Source of the DNA: an uncultured Candidatus Poseidoniales archaeon
Lineage (GTDB): Archaea; Thermoplasmatota; Poseidoniia; Poseidoniales; Poseidoniaceae
NCBI GenBank assembly: GCA_964014545.1
Contig: CAXGZX010000001.1
Coordinates: forward strand, 9,279 to 73,278
Length of the DNA stretch: 64,000 nt
Direction: 5' to 3'
Shown: positions 39,072-48,150 of the stretch, piece after piece
How positions within the stretch are numbered: position 1 is the stretch's first letter
How the letters are laid out: every line of letters starts with the position of its first letter
Notes under the pieces: generated by a model
What the model was told of the DNA's origin: nothing
The model's input: only the letters and a program-made list of their open reading frames with translations
The model's database searches: none
Translations under genes and position numbers: made by a program

Positions 39072-39914
39072 TCAGCGGGCTTTTATTCGAACTCTAGCCT
39101 GCTTTACCAATCTAATAATAGCCACCCTAAGTTCATCCTCAGCAATTGTCTTGCCAAACGGAACATAAAATGAATGGGTTGAATCTTGGCATTGTAAGAA
39201 CACTCCTCTTGAATCAAGGTCGGTCATTATGACACTGCTAGAGGTCTTACCATGATAGCCATCATAGATATCGACCATAGCATCTACATGATCTTCATTC
39301 ATATGTTCAATTGATTCCAGTTTACTAGACTGAAATGTTGGATGAATCTCGTTTGACAAATATTCATCACCTTCAATCCAACAGATTCTACCAAAACCGG
39401 CGATATACCTTATTTTTATGATATCATCCATTAACCAAAATGAAAAGTTATGTGTTTTTAGATACGCATCAGCATTTGGAACTTGGGCTCGATATCTTGT
39501 GAGCATCACATCTTCTTCTGAAGCTGTTACTATCACCGTATTGCCTGAATCTGTTCCTTCCTCAGCAGGTGCAGTAGCGGTTCTGACTTCCTTGAAATTG
39601 CCAATAATAGATGCCCGCCAAAAAGACTGTGGATCACCTTCGGGATTTGGATGGGAAATGAATAATGTGGATTTGTTATTTTCCATTAAATTCTTTGTGT
39701 GAGCTGCGATTCCGGCAATGAGTATGTACGGTTTACCTTCAGGAGTTATAGCAAATGGGACTACCGACGAGATTGGGTAGTCTTCAGTTCCCTTATTTGA
39801 TGAAATAGTAGATAAAACTCCATGCCCGGTTTCTACTAACCATTGAATCACATCCGAAGGGGGATTGGATTTATCTCTTGAATTTCTCTCTGCCAAGTCG
39901 ACGTCATTGCTCAA
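39072..39914 (-). CDS. HugZ-like heme utilization/split-barrel protein with DUF2470-type domain
   Basis: GVLSTIS, YP.SSVVPF, IAAHTKNL, RYIAGFGRICWI, IEHMNEDH. Confidence 0.82.
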   Translation of the reverse strand: MSNDVDLAERNSRDKSNPPSDVIQWLVETGHGVLSTISSNKGTEDYPISSVVPFAITPEGKPYILIAGIAAHTKNLMENNKSTLFISHPNPEGDPQSFWRASIIGNFKEVRTATAPAEEGTDSGNTVIVTASEEDVMLTRYRAQVPNADAYLKTHNFSFWLMDDIIKIRYIAGFGRICWIEGDEYLSNEIHPTFQSSKLESIEHMNEDHVDAMVDIYDGYHGKTSSSVIMTDLDSRGVFLQCQDSTHSFYVPFGKTIAEDELRVAIIRLVKQARVRIKAR

Positions 39915-39918
39915 AATA

Positions 39919-40377
39919 TCACTTCCATGTTTCGTTGAATAAATTCAATGTATCTTCAATCCATGCCTCTGCATCATCTTCATAATCGACATCGCAATCT
40001 ATTCTTTCATGAATGCGGTTACCGCCTTTCTCCTGGAGAATGTTATCCCATTGAATACCTGCCTCACAGAATAGATCGAACGCAGTGTCTCCAAGAGCAA
40101 GAACTGCAAAACCTACCTCAGCCATACTCCCGTCGTCAGAGCCTTCCACTGAATCGTATAAATCAATTGCATTATCTGGTTGCTCGCCATCCCCCCAAGT
40201 GCTACAAACAATAAGCACATTTCCATTCTCTTGTATATCTGACAAAGTAATTTCATCCATACCATTTATGGTAACGTCAAATTCTAAATCCTTAGCAAGT
40301 TTTTCTGCATCCATCGCCAGTAATTCAGAATTGCCAGTTTCGGTGCCATAAAGTATCAATATTTTCTTATCACTCAT
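39919..40377 (-). CDS. Stand-alone flavodoxin (MioC/CysJ-type FMN domain)
   Basis: LYGTETGNSE, STWGDGEQPDNA, LALGDTAFDLFCEAG. Confidence 0.92.
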   Translation of the reverse strand: MSDKKILILYGTETGNSELLAMDAEKLAKDLEFDVTINGMDEITLSDIQENGNVLIVCSTWGDGEQPDNAIDLYDSVEGSDDGSMAEVGFAVLALGDTAFDLFCEAGIQWDNILQEKGGNRIHERIDCDVDYEDDAEAWIEDTLNLFNETWK

Positions 40378-41186
40378 CTTTTATCCGTCCTATTTGTTTT
40401 TATCACATTTATTTGTGGAATGTGAGGGTCGTCTGGATATAACACATCAACAGCCACTCCGTAGACTTTGGAAATAGTCTCCCGACTTAAGGCAGTGTAG
40501 GGTGTGTCATAGCAATATATTGAATTATCATCGATTATCATGATTTTATCAGCAAATTTAGCTGCTAAATTAATATCGTGCATTGCCACTAAAGCGCTAC
40601 AGATTCCAGTTTTATCATCTACTAAATTTTTTATTTCTTGTAAAATTTCAAATTGACTACTTAGGTCCAAATTACTTGTAGGTTCATCGAACAGATATAA
40701 CGTTGGATTTTGGACTATGGCTTTGGCAATAATTACGCGTTGTTGCTCTCCTCCAGAGAGTGTATGGAATTTACGAAATATGAACTCACTAAGCCCTAAT
40801 CGCATGATAACACTTTGAACAATCTCTCTGTCTTGTTTACCTATTCTCCAGCCAATGTAAGGTCTTCTACCCAGTAATATAACGTCATAAACATCCATTG
40901 AAAATCCAGTAGAAACACTCTGTGGAACGTATGCAACTAGTTTAGATAAGTCCATGATTGAAGTATCTGATAGAGGATTGTTGCAAACTTTAACAGAGCC
41001 TGAATCAAAGTTAATTATTTTATTTAGACATTTTATGAGGGTTGATTTACCAGCCCCATTAATCCCTAAAACTGCGACAAATTGATTTGGTTGTACTGAA
41101 AAAGTCAGGTTTTCCAGAATTTTTTTGTTCTTATAGGCAAAACTTAGATCTTTTACCTCAAGAATATTTTCCGCAGTTTCATCCAT
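40374..41186 (-). CDS. Iron-chelate/heme/cobalamin ABC transporter ATP-binding protein (FepC/FecE-like)
   Basis: GINGAGKST, LGRRPY, LSGGEQQRV, DEPTSNLD, MHDINLA. Start ATG 41186. Confidence 0.92.
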   Translation of the reverse strand: MDETAENILEVKDLSFAYKNKKILENLTFSVQPNQFVAVLGINGAGKSTLIKCLNKIINFDSGSVKVCNNPLSDTSIMDLSKLVAYVPQSVSTGFSMDVYDVILLGRRPYIGWRIGKQDREIVQSVIMRLGLSEFIFRKFHTLSGGEQQRVIIAKAIVQNPTLYLFDEPTSNLDLSSQFEILQEIKNLVDDKTGICSALVAMHDINLAAKFADKIMIIDDNSIYCYDTPYTALSRETISKVYGVAVDVLYPDDPHIPQINVIKTNRTDKR

Positions 41187-42300
41187 ATCTCTCACTCCTT
41201 CTTGCCAATAAAAGGTAGAGGAAAAACGGACCTCCAAGTATCGAAAGCATTACTCCTACTGGAATCACTATTGGTGCCACAATTGTCCTGCCAATTGTAT
41301 CAGCAATAAGTACTAATAAAGCACCTATTAATGCAGAACAGGGTACTAATTTACGATAATCATTGCCAATTACCAACCGGCCAATATGTGGTGCAGCTAA
41401 GCCGACAAAACCAATTAATCCAGTAAATGCGATTATGAGGGAAGTTATTAATGCTGAAATTATCAATATATTTTTCCTCACTGCTGCAGGATTTACTCCT
41501 GTTGAGATTGCAAAATCATCGCCTCCTAGTGCTAATGTGTTGAGGTCCCAAGAATACCTCATTAATGCCGGAAATATTCCACCAAGAACAACTCCAACCC
41601 ATAGCACTGTTGCTAAATTGGGTCTTGAAACACTACCAAATGACCAGTGTGTTAATTGGGCAAGTTGTTGATCTGTTGCAAAATAAGTTAATGTTGAGAC
41701 TATTGCACCTGCAATGAAGGTAATGGCAATTCCCACTAAAATGTATGATTCTGCTGAGACCCCTCTTACTTGACCTAGTTTGAGTATTATGAACACCACG
41801 ATTAGTGAAAAAACAAATGTGTTTACCACTAGAATTGTATTAGGAATAATGTCGGCAAAAAATGAGTCACCATCACCAATAACTGAAAATCCAAGAATAA
41901 TCGCTAATGCAGCACCCAAAGATGCACCTGAGGCGACTCCGAGGGTAAGGGGAGAAACCAATGGATTCCCTAAGCTTCCTTGCATTAATGCTCCTGCTGT
42001 AGCAAGTGCTGTTCCTGCGAAAATAGCCATTAAAATCCTCGGAAGGCGAATTTCTAGCAAAATAGCGGACTGAATATCGGTTGGCTCATCTAATTGTAGA
42101 ATTATTCTAGTTGTTTTCCAAAATCCCAGAGACTCTGATGAGCCAATTCCTAAAGCAAATATTGCGGCAGTAAGCGTTGCAATACCAATTGTGACAAGGT
42201 AGAAAAAATGCTTTGAGTCCCTTTCCTCGACTAACTCTTCTAGATTAATTTGTGTTGGATTTTGGCTTTCGAAGTTTTCATCCAAACCCCACACAATCAA
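41179..42300 (-). CDS. FecCD/BtuC-family ABC permease
   Basis: IRLPRI, LMQG..GNPLVSP.TLGVASGA, GFVGLAAPHIGR, ADTIGR, IPVG, GGPFFLYLL. Confidence 0.93.
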   Translation of the reverse strand: MIVWGLDENFESQNPTQINLEELVEERDSKHFFYLVTIGIATLTAAIFALGIGSSESLGFWKTTRIILQLDEPTDIQSAILLEIRLPRILMAIFAGTALATAGALMQGSLGNPLVSPLTLGVASGASLGAALAIILGFSVIGDGDSFFADIIPNTILVVNTFVFSLIVVFIILKLGQVRGVSAESYILVGIAITFIAGAIVSTLTYFATDQQLAQLTHWSFGSVSRPNLATVLWVGVVLGGIFPALMRYSWDLNTLALGGDDFAISTGVNPAAVRKNILIISALITSLIIAFTGLIGFVGLAAPHIGRLVIGNDYRKLVPCSALIGALLVLIADTIGRTIVAPIVIPVGVMLSILGGPFFLYLLLARRSERYG

Positions 42301-42304
42301 TCAC

Positions 42305-43393
42305 CTAAGGTTGGCAGACAAAGGTACCGACTCTGTCTGTATTATGGAATTCTGAAAAATATTCATCTAAGTATGTATTAGTGTCAATATCTTCGAATAA
42401 ATTAGGGTGCAAAATCTTAGCAAGAGTTGGTAATCCGTGTATCATCATTGGACCGGCAAATTCACCAGCCATAACTAACAGGTTATTGTCTTGAATCGCG
42501 GTTATTTCATCAAATCCCGGCCTTGTTTTGATAAAATCGAAATGTGCGGGACACTTGTCATCAGGGTCATAGGAATCATACCCAATTTCAAAGGTAATTC
42601 CATCAAACATCAAATAATCAGGATTAGCGTCTAATATTGCCTCCATATCTACATGAGTTGTGTGCCCTGGCTCATCCTCAAACACATTAATTCCCCCAGC
42701 CATTGAAATTATATCGTTCCATTGGGAGGTCCCAGTCAGAACAACTGGATCTCTGGTCAATGAAGCATGGTGTTCCATAATTACACTAGGTCTCTGTTCT
42801 GTTGTCAAATTACTAATTCTTTGGTCGACCATTTGTTCTATCACGTCAAATTCAGCCAATATAGTAGACAATTGTTGTTGTTTATCAAATAGATTAGCAA
42901 GCACTGACATTTCTGACCTCAAGGAGTCATATTTATAGAAATCAAGCGCTAAAACCCGAATTCCAACAGGTTCTAATTTATCTCTTATTGCGTCTGTGTC
43001 GACCATCCCATTGGTAGCAAATACGATGTAAACTTCAGGTTGGGTATCAAATAGTGCTTCGTAATCAATCTCCGAATGAGCTGAATTCTGGATAATATCT
43101 TTGCCTTGTAGTTCAGGCCACAATGATGAATCTTGAAAATCACCAGACATCCCAGTTACTACTGAAAAATTTATTTCAAGCATCCTCATTACTGTGGCAG
43201 CATACGTATTAGTTATAGCAACGCTTTCTGGAGGAGATTCAAAGTAATGAGTCACACCATTAGAGTCAATAACCTTGATACTACCATTATCATTATCTTC
43301 TGATGAATTTATTTCTGAGATATTGTAAGCAAAAAAACCAAGGATGATTAGGATGACCAATTGCAATGCAATTATTTTTCGCTCACCAATCAT
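42305..43393 (-). CDS. Class III (Fe-chelate/B12-type) ABC substrate-binding protein
   Basis: N-terminal anchor, VIDSNG...PESV, IDYEAL...PEV, AGGINV, VDMEAILDANPD, LAKILHPNLF. Confidence 0.88.
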   Translation of the reverse strand: MIGERKIIALQLVILIILGFFAYNISEINSSEDNDNGSIKVIDSNGVTHYFESPPESVAITNTYAATVMRMLEINFSVVTGMSGDFQDSSLWPELQGKDIIQNSAHSEIDYEALFDTQPEVYIVFATNGMVDTDAIRDKLEPVGIRVLALDFYKYDSLRSEMSVLANLFDKQQQLSTILAEFDVIEQMVDQRISNLTTEQRPSVIMEHHASLTRDPVVLTGTSQWNDIISMAGGINVFEDEPGHTTHVDMEAILDANPDYLMFDGITFEIGYDSYDPDDKCPAHFDFIKTRPGFDEITAIQDNNLLVMAGEFAGPMMIHGLPTLAKILHPNLFEDIDTNTYLDEYFSEFHNTDRVGTFVCQP

Positions 43394-45708
43394 GATACTA
43401 ACCTTCTATTTTGAAAGAATATTACCGCTAGTGTAATGGTAGAAAGGATGCCAAACAATGGTAGGAAAGGTAAGAAGTTGTCATTATTACTTTCTTCAGG
43501 GTCATAATTCACATATGAAGAATTTGACAGTTCAGAATATTTCCCATCGGTAATTCCTGCTTGGATTCTGAATCTGTTTTGACCTTCATCTAAATCATCG
43601 AACATGTACGATGTAGCACTGCCGTTATACACCTCAGTCATCGAACCATCTGACCCTGAATGCAGCACTGAATACCAGTCTACATTATCTATCGACGTCC
43701 AACTAACTAACAATTCATTATCATCAGTTACATTTTGTGTGTAAGGCATAGTCAGTATCGGGAGTTGTATAATGTATTCAACCTCTATAGTTATGATTTC
43801 ACTTAATAATTCAGCTCCAGATGGCAATACTACCTTCACTTGGTATTGATATATTCCATCATCTTTATTCATCAATTCTAAACTCGATTCATTTCCTTGA
43901 TAAACTTCAATGCCGTTTTCTAACAGTGTATAAGACACTGCTCTGCCAAATTCGCCCCATTCTAACTGAACATTTTGAAAATTAATAATGCTTGACTGGG
44001 TAACAAATTGTGGGATAGTAGGTACGCCTGAATGATTGATTAGATGATAGGTGACTGCTTCTGAGTGTGAACCTGGCAGTCTATCAATAATTTTTACCCA
44101 GTTTCTAACAGTCTCATTATACCATAACTCCCATGAATCAATATTATCATTCAAATCTGTGATTTTAAAGTATGTTGTTAGATAACTACCACTTGGAGTA
44201 TTAACTGTTACATTTTCTGTCACTTCAATGATATTATTCGTGTCATCATATCCATTAGGGTGTCCAGGGACACCAATGATATTTGTACGATTAAAATGAG
44301 CATTAACAGGATTACCGGAGAATAGATTTGTCCCCAGTCCATTTTCGGTAGTGAAATTCCAACCCATACTGCCTGCAACGAAGTACTCTAAGGTTTCTGA
44401 ATACGTTTTCAAGCGCAAGAGATTGACGCTATCAATCCAATAATATCTAATCCGATCTGGTGAATCATAAATATCCTCGACACGCAATAGATAACACTCT
44501 TGTTCTACGCCAAAGGTATCTTCGATAACCTCTGTACCAATGGCAGTCATGGTTAATTCATGAGTCCCGTTGGTACTTTCGGGAAGATAATCAACTGCAT
44601 ATTGCCAACTCATTCCAACATTCCAGAAACTATCTTCAGAAGGTGATAAAACCACGGCACTAATCTTTTTTATTGCCGCAATCGAGCCGTTTAAATTTAT
44701 TGCCGTCAAACTAAATTCAAATGAACCAACCTCGGATGGCGTGAAATCAAATTGAGTGCTTGATCCACGATAGATGACCTCGCTATCTAAAGAGAGTTCG
44801 AAATAATCTGTGTAATCACCTTTAGTCCACTGAATCAGTTTTGAATTATCATCATCGATTTGAATATCAAAAGAGGAAGTCAGGAATTCTGGTGCAATCG
44901 GCATTTCAGGAGTTATTTCTGAAGTAAGATTGTGCCATCCTAAGCTATCCTCTATCATGATTTGATGAGTGGCAATGATTTCAATTTCATTTTGATAAAC
45001 TGAGAGGTTTACTGTTTCACCAATGTTCAAGCCGTTTATTAGGAAAAATCCATCCGAATTTGTCCTAGACATATGTTGTCCAATTTGAACATCTACGTTG
45101 GGCATTGAATTGCCAAGCATGTCACTTAGGTAACCATACTTGCTGGTGGTTCCTTGGTTCATTACTAGGTAATTTACCATAGGTTCTCCTGCCGAACCAC
45201 CTTGTAACTTTAACATCGCTGTTTGGTTTAAGCCATTATCATAAAATGCTGTCACGTTGTAGTATTGATCCATTTCATACGGTCCAAATTCTAATAATTC
45301 TGCATGTGGTTTATTCTCTTGAATGTTTTCACCAGAAATAGAGAAAGTAGCAAGTTGATCATCGCTACTAACAGTAATCCAGTTATTGTCTACTATCCAA
45401 TCTAATTGCAAATCAGAGTTTATGATTATTTTTCGATAAGCCACATTATGCCCGTCATTCATGAAATAAGCCCGTATAATGTGCTCACCACTTGCTATGT
45501 CAGTGTATTGATAATCTCCTGCTGAATCTGTCCAGACCGAGTCATACCCAGTGATTTTAATCGAGGTAGAACCAGCAACTTCCCCGGACTGGTGGAGGAC
45601 TTTACCAGTCACAGTGAAAGTATCTTCTGGTTCTGTTGCTTGACTTATATCAATTGGTAATGTTGAAAAACAAATTAGAAAGACAATAATTGGTGCTATC
45701 TTTTTCAT
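43390..45708 (-). CDS. Large secreted surface protein with carboxypeptidase-regulatory-like and FN3-like domains and C-terminal anchor
   Basis: Signal peptide, VTGKV...TDSAGDY, TNSDGFF.I.GL, FN3-like W/Y patterns, ends LPFLP-TM-RR; ATGA overlap with the substrate-binding gene. Confidence 0.65.
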   Translation of the reverse strand: MKKIAPIIVFLICFSTLPIDISQATEPEDTFTVTGKVLHQSGEVAGSTSIKITGYDSVWTDSAGDYQYTDIASGEHIIRAYFMNDGHNVAYRKIIINSDLQLDWIVDNNWITVSSDDQLATFSISGENIQENKPHAELLEFGPYEMDQYYNVTAFYDNGLNQTAMLKLQGGSAGEPMVNYLVMNQGTTSKYGYLSDMLGNSMPNVDVQIGQHMSRTNSDGFFLINGLNIGETVNLSVYQNEIEIIATHQIMIEDSLGWHNLTSEITPEMPIAPEFLTSSFDIQIDDDNSKLIQWTKGDYTDYFELSLDSEVIYRGSSTQFDFTPSEVGSFEFSLTAINLNGSIAAIKKISAVVLSPSEDSFWNVGMSWQYAVDYLPESTNGTHELTMTAIGTEVIEDTFGVEQECYLLRVEDIYDSPDRIRYYWIDSVNLLRLKTYSETLEYFVAGSMGWNFTTENGLGTNLFSGNPVNAHFNRTNIIGVPGHPNGYDDTNNIIEVTENVTVNTPSGSYLTTYFKITDLNDNIDSWELWYNETVRNWVKIIDRLPGSHSEAVTYHLINHSGVPTIPQFVTQSSIINFQNVQLEWGEFGRAVSYTLLENGIEVYQGNESSLELMNKDDGIYQYQVKVVLPSGAELLSEIITIEVEYIIQLPILTMPYTQNVTDDNELLVSWTSIDNVDWYSVLHSGSDGSMTEVYNGSATSYMFDDLDEGQNRFRIQAGITDGKYSELSNSSYVNYDPEESNNDNFLPFLPLFGILSTITLAVIFFQNRRLVS

Positions 45709-45739
45709 TTTTTCACCGTTACTACATCATAGATGCCAA

Positions 45740-45818
45740 CGGGGTACACTCTCACACTGGGTGAATGATGAGAGCGTAGCCCCGCCAGCGATGAAGCTTA
45801 GTTAGTGATACTAACTAA
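45740..45818 (-). other. Two tandem RNA hairpins after the FEA1-like gene (stability or termination element)
   Basis: CGGGGTACACTCTCA...TGAGAGCGTAGCCCCG (45740-45784), whose mismatches become G-U pairs in minus-strand RNA, and perfect TTAGTTAGT-GAT-ACTAACTAA (45798-45818). Confidence 0.65.
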
Positions 45819-45829
45819 TGCTAATTTGA

Positions 45830-47086
45830 TCAGGCATAGGTTCCGATATCATCGGAAGTTATACCGTAGTGGTCCCATACTGGTTGCAACCAAGCCGTGA
45901 CATCGTAAGATGTACCTAGTTGGGTAGCGTCTGTCAAATCCAAGACGTTATTCATCAAGGTAGCAGCGTAGTTGTCCTGGTAATAGTTGGATGTGTATCC
46001 ATCGCAGCCTGCTTTGTCAGTAGCATCAGTAGAAACCATGTGGTTTACTGTGTTGTAGCATGTGTCGTTTGCTCCGTTAGAATCCATTGAACCGTTTGTC
46101 CAGATGAAAGCGTCACAAGCAGATGCGTCGATTTCTCCCATCATCATTACTTTGTGACCGACAGCCATGTTGTAACATCCGTCATGCATGTGTGGCGCAG
46201 AGTATGCTTCCATAACCTTCCAGAAAGCGTATGCTTCTGCTTGGTATTTCTCTCCACTGTCTGCGTTATCCATCTTTGATGTGTACTTCAGTACAGCTTG
46301 TGAGTATGCTGTGATAACGTTCTTGACAACGGTGTTTGCTGCACTGGTGTATCCAGCAGAATCTTCTGCTTGAAGAGCAGTTAGACCAGCAACCATTGCA
46401 TCTTCAATAGCAATGAAGGTGTTGGAAACGCCGTCGGTTTCAGTTCCAAAGTCAGCGCCTCTCTTGTTTAGAGTAGCGACTGGACCACATGAATTGTCTT
46501 CATCAGGTCCGTGGAAGAATGCCCAGCCTTCGTCCCAGTTGTGTGGTGCTCCAGAATCGTCATCAACATTGCCTGCATCAGCCTTAGCAATTGCCGCATT
46601 TAGTTCGTGAATTGTGTATCCAACCATTCCCATGTTAGCGGTTAGTTTTGCGACACCTTGGTATCTTACTGTGTCACTGGTACCTTCGAAGTCACCTGTT
46701 CCATCTAGCGCTGCCATAATGTGAGCACCGATTGATCCAGTTTGGTTGTAGTAGGTATCGTAGTTGTGGTTCTTTCCTTCAGCTGCAGCGAATCCTGCAA
46801 GAGTTCTAAAGGAATCATCACTCTTTTGTGCATTCTTACCATTGGTGTAAATGTCTTTTGCAGTTGTCCAGTCATATGCACTGGCTGCTGTTTTTATGTC
46901 ACACAAGTCTTTCATCAGACTTCGGTGATTGTCAACATTTGAAGCATAGGTGTAGCCACCATCAGCAGCATCCATTGTGCTTGCTGTTTCATCATCTTCG
47001 TCGTCGTCTGTTCCCAAGCAGCCTGCTAATCCAGAAACTGCCATCAATGCTATCAATAATAATCCTTTTACTTTCTTGTGGTTCAT
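45830..47086 (-). CDS. FEA1-like (low-iron-inducible, algal Fe-assimilation family) lipoprotein
   Basis: Lipobox LAGC; AKDIYTNGKNA, RTLAGF, YTIHELNAAI, PHNWDEGWAFFHG, KRGADFGT, YSQAVLKY, YQAEAYAFWK. Confidence 0.75.
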   Translation of the reverse strand: MNHKKVKGLLLIALMAVSGLAGCLGTDDDEDDETASTMDAADGGYTYASNVDNHRSLMKDLCDIKTAASAYDWTTAKDIYTNGKNAQKSDDSFRTLAGFAAAEGKNHNYDTYYNQTGSIGAHIMAALDGTGDFEGTSDTVRYQGVAKLTANMGMVGYTIHELNAAIAKADAGNVDDDSGAPHNWDEGWAFFHGPDEDNSCGPVATLNKRGADFGTETDGVSNTFIAIEDAMVAGLTALQAEDSAGYTSAANTVVKNVITAYSQAVLKYTSKMDNADSGEKYQAEAYAFWKVMEAYSAPHMHDGCYNMAVGHKVMMMGEIDASACDAFIWTNGSMDSNGANDTCYNTVNHMVSTDATDKAGCDGYTSNYYQDNYAATLMNNVLDLTDATQLGTSYDVTAWLQPVWDHYGITSDDIGTYA

Positions 47087-47100
47087 AATATACCCTCGGT

Positions 47101-47154
47101 TTTGGCCTCCCTAAAAACCACCCCTACATATAACTTAGGTTACCCTAAACTTTC
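47101..47154 (-). promoter_or_regulatory. Promoter with two DtxR-type boxes flanking TATA
   Basis: Minus strand reads GAAAGTTTAGGGTAACCTAAG-TTATAT-...-TTTTTAGGGAGGCCAAA; boxes at 47135-47148 and 47101-47114. Confidence 0.8.
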
Positions 47155-47168
47155 AATTTATGCCGGTA

Positions 47169-48062
47169 CTAAGCGTCAATCCATTGTGCTGTTAGGCTTT
47201 CGACATACCTGTCTTGGTCAATACCAGTATGCCCAATTGGACGGACCACAACTAGGAGATCCAATTCCCCGCCCCATGTGCCTTTTGCTACACAGAATAC
47301 CTCTCCTACTTTGACACCATCGGGATTTGAACTCAAAGTCAAACTCCGTAAGTCATACAATCTAATATCCAATTCATGATTACCTGTTGCTGTTTGAAAG
47401 GTATGTTTAGCTTTATCTTCAATGGCTAATAATTTCATCTCCTCAGGGTCGATGTTGAAGACAATTTGTTCGTCTAGTAACTCAATTGCTTGATCCATTC
47501 TTGATTGCTGCATGTTGAATACATCGGCAATATTTAGCGTTGAAGAGGCAAGAGATAATTTGGAAAACTGATGCGATGTCCTGATGGTCAAGGATTGGAC
47601 AATCTCTACATTTAATCCGCCCTCATCAGGTAGCATTAGCCAAGTATATTGCTTGCCAGCAGGATAAATTGGGGCATTGGGGTTTTCTGTAAAAAGTGGC
47701 TCGCCCCATTCATCAGGCGATTTCGGTTCGGATGTTGGAACAAAGCCACCCATCAACAAAACCACCACCATAGATACTGCAGCATAAGTTCTTATTTTGC
47801 CAAATTTTTTCCATGAAGCCCGGCCTGCAGGGCTTATTGACGATAGAATTAGCACCAGAGGTATAATGACCAGAATGCCATAAGGAACAATCCACAAAAA
47901 GATTACAACGCCGATCAAAAATTCGATTCCATATTGTCCGTAAGCATTGCGATAATCTAGGTCAGAATCATCGTTTGAATATCTGTGTTTAAGATAAACA
48001 ACAGCATAGACCACAGCCACCATGGACAATGAAACTAATACTGAACCAAGCACCTTAATCAC
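47169..48062 (-). CDS. Hypothetical membrane protein (about 4 N-terminal TMs plus soluble domain)
   Basis: Long ORF with hydrophobic N-terminal third; no motif recognised. Confidence 0.65.
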   Translation of the reverse strand: MIKVLGSVLVSLSMVAVVYAVVYLKHRYSNDDSDLDYRNAYGQYGIEFLIGVVIFLWIVPYGILVIIPLVLILSSISPAGRASWKKFGKIRTYAAVSMVVVLLMGGFVPTSEPKSPDEWGEPLFTENPNAPIYPAGKQYTWLMLPDEGGLNVEIVQSLTIRTSHQFSKLSLASSTLNIADVFNMQQSRMDQAIELLDEQIVFNIDPEEMKLLAIEDKAKHTFQTATGNHELDIRLYDLRSLTLSSNPDGVKVGEVFCVAKGTWGGELDLLVVVRPIGHTGIDQDRYVESLTAQWIDA

Positions 48063-48150
48063 CTAAAGGATTTGGTTTTAAGGGAAGAAGGTTTGCTTTG
48101 ATTGAGATAATATACGGTAGTTTGTCAAGCATGAACAGATTAGCGGTGTC

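Noticed and set aside
45748..45770. Iron-responsive element (CAGUGU on the minus strand, with aconitase in the window)
   Set aside because: The bases flanking CAGUGU do not form the 5-bp upper stem and bulged C of an IRE.
45765..45830. Box C/D sRNA (ATGATGA on the plus strand)
   Set aside because: No CTGA box D at a suitable distance; the G-U pattern favours a minus-strand hairpin.
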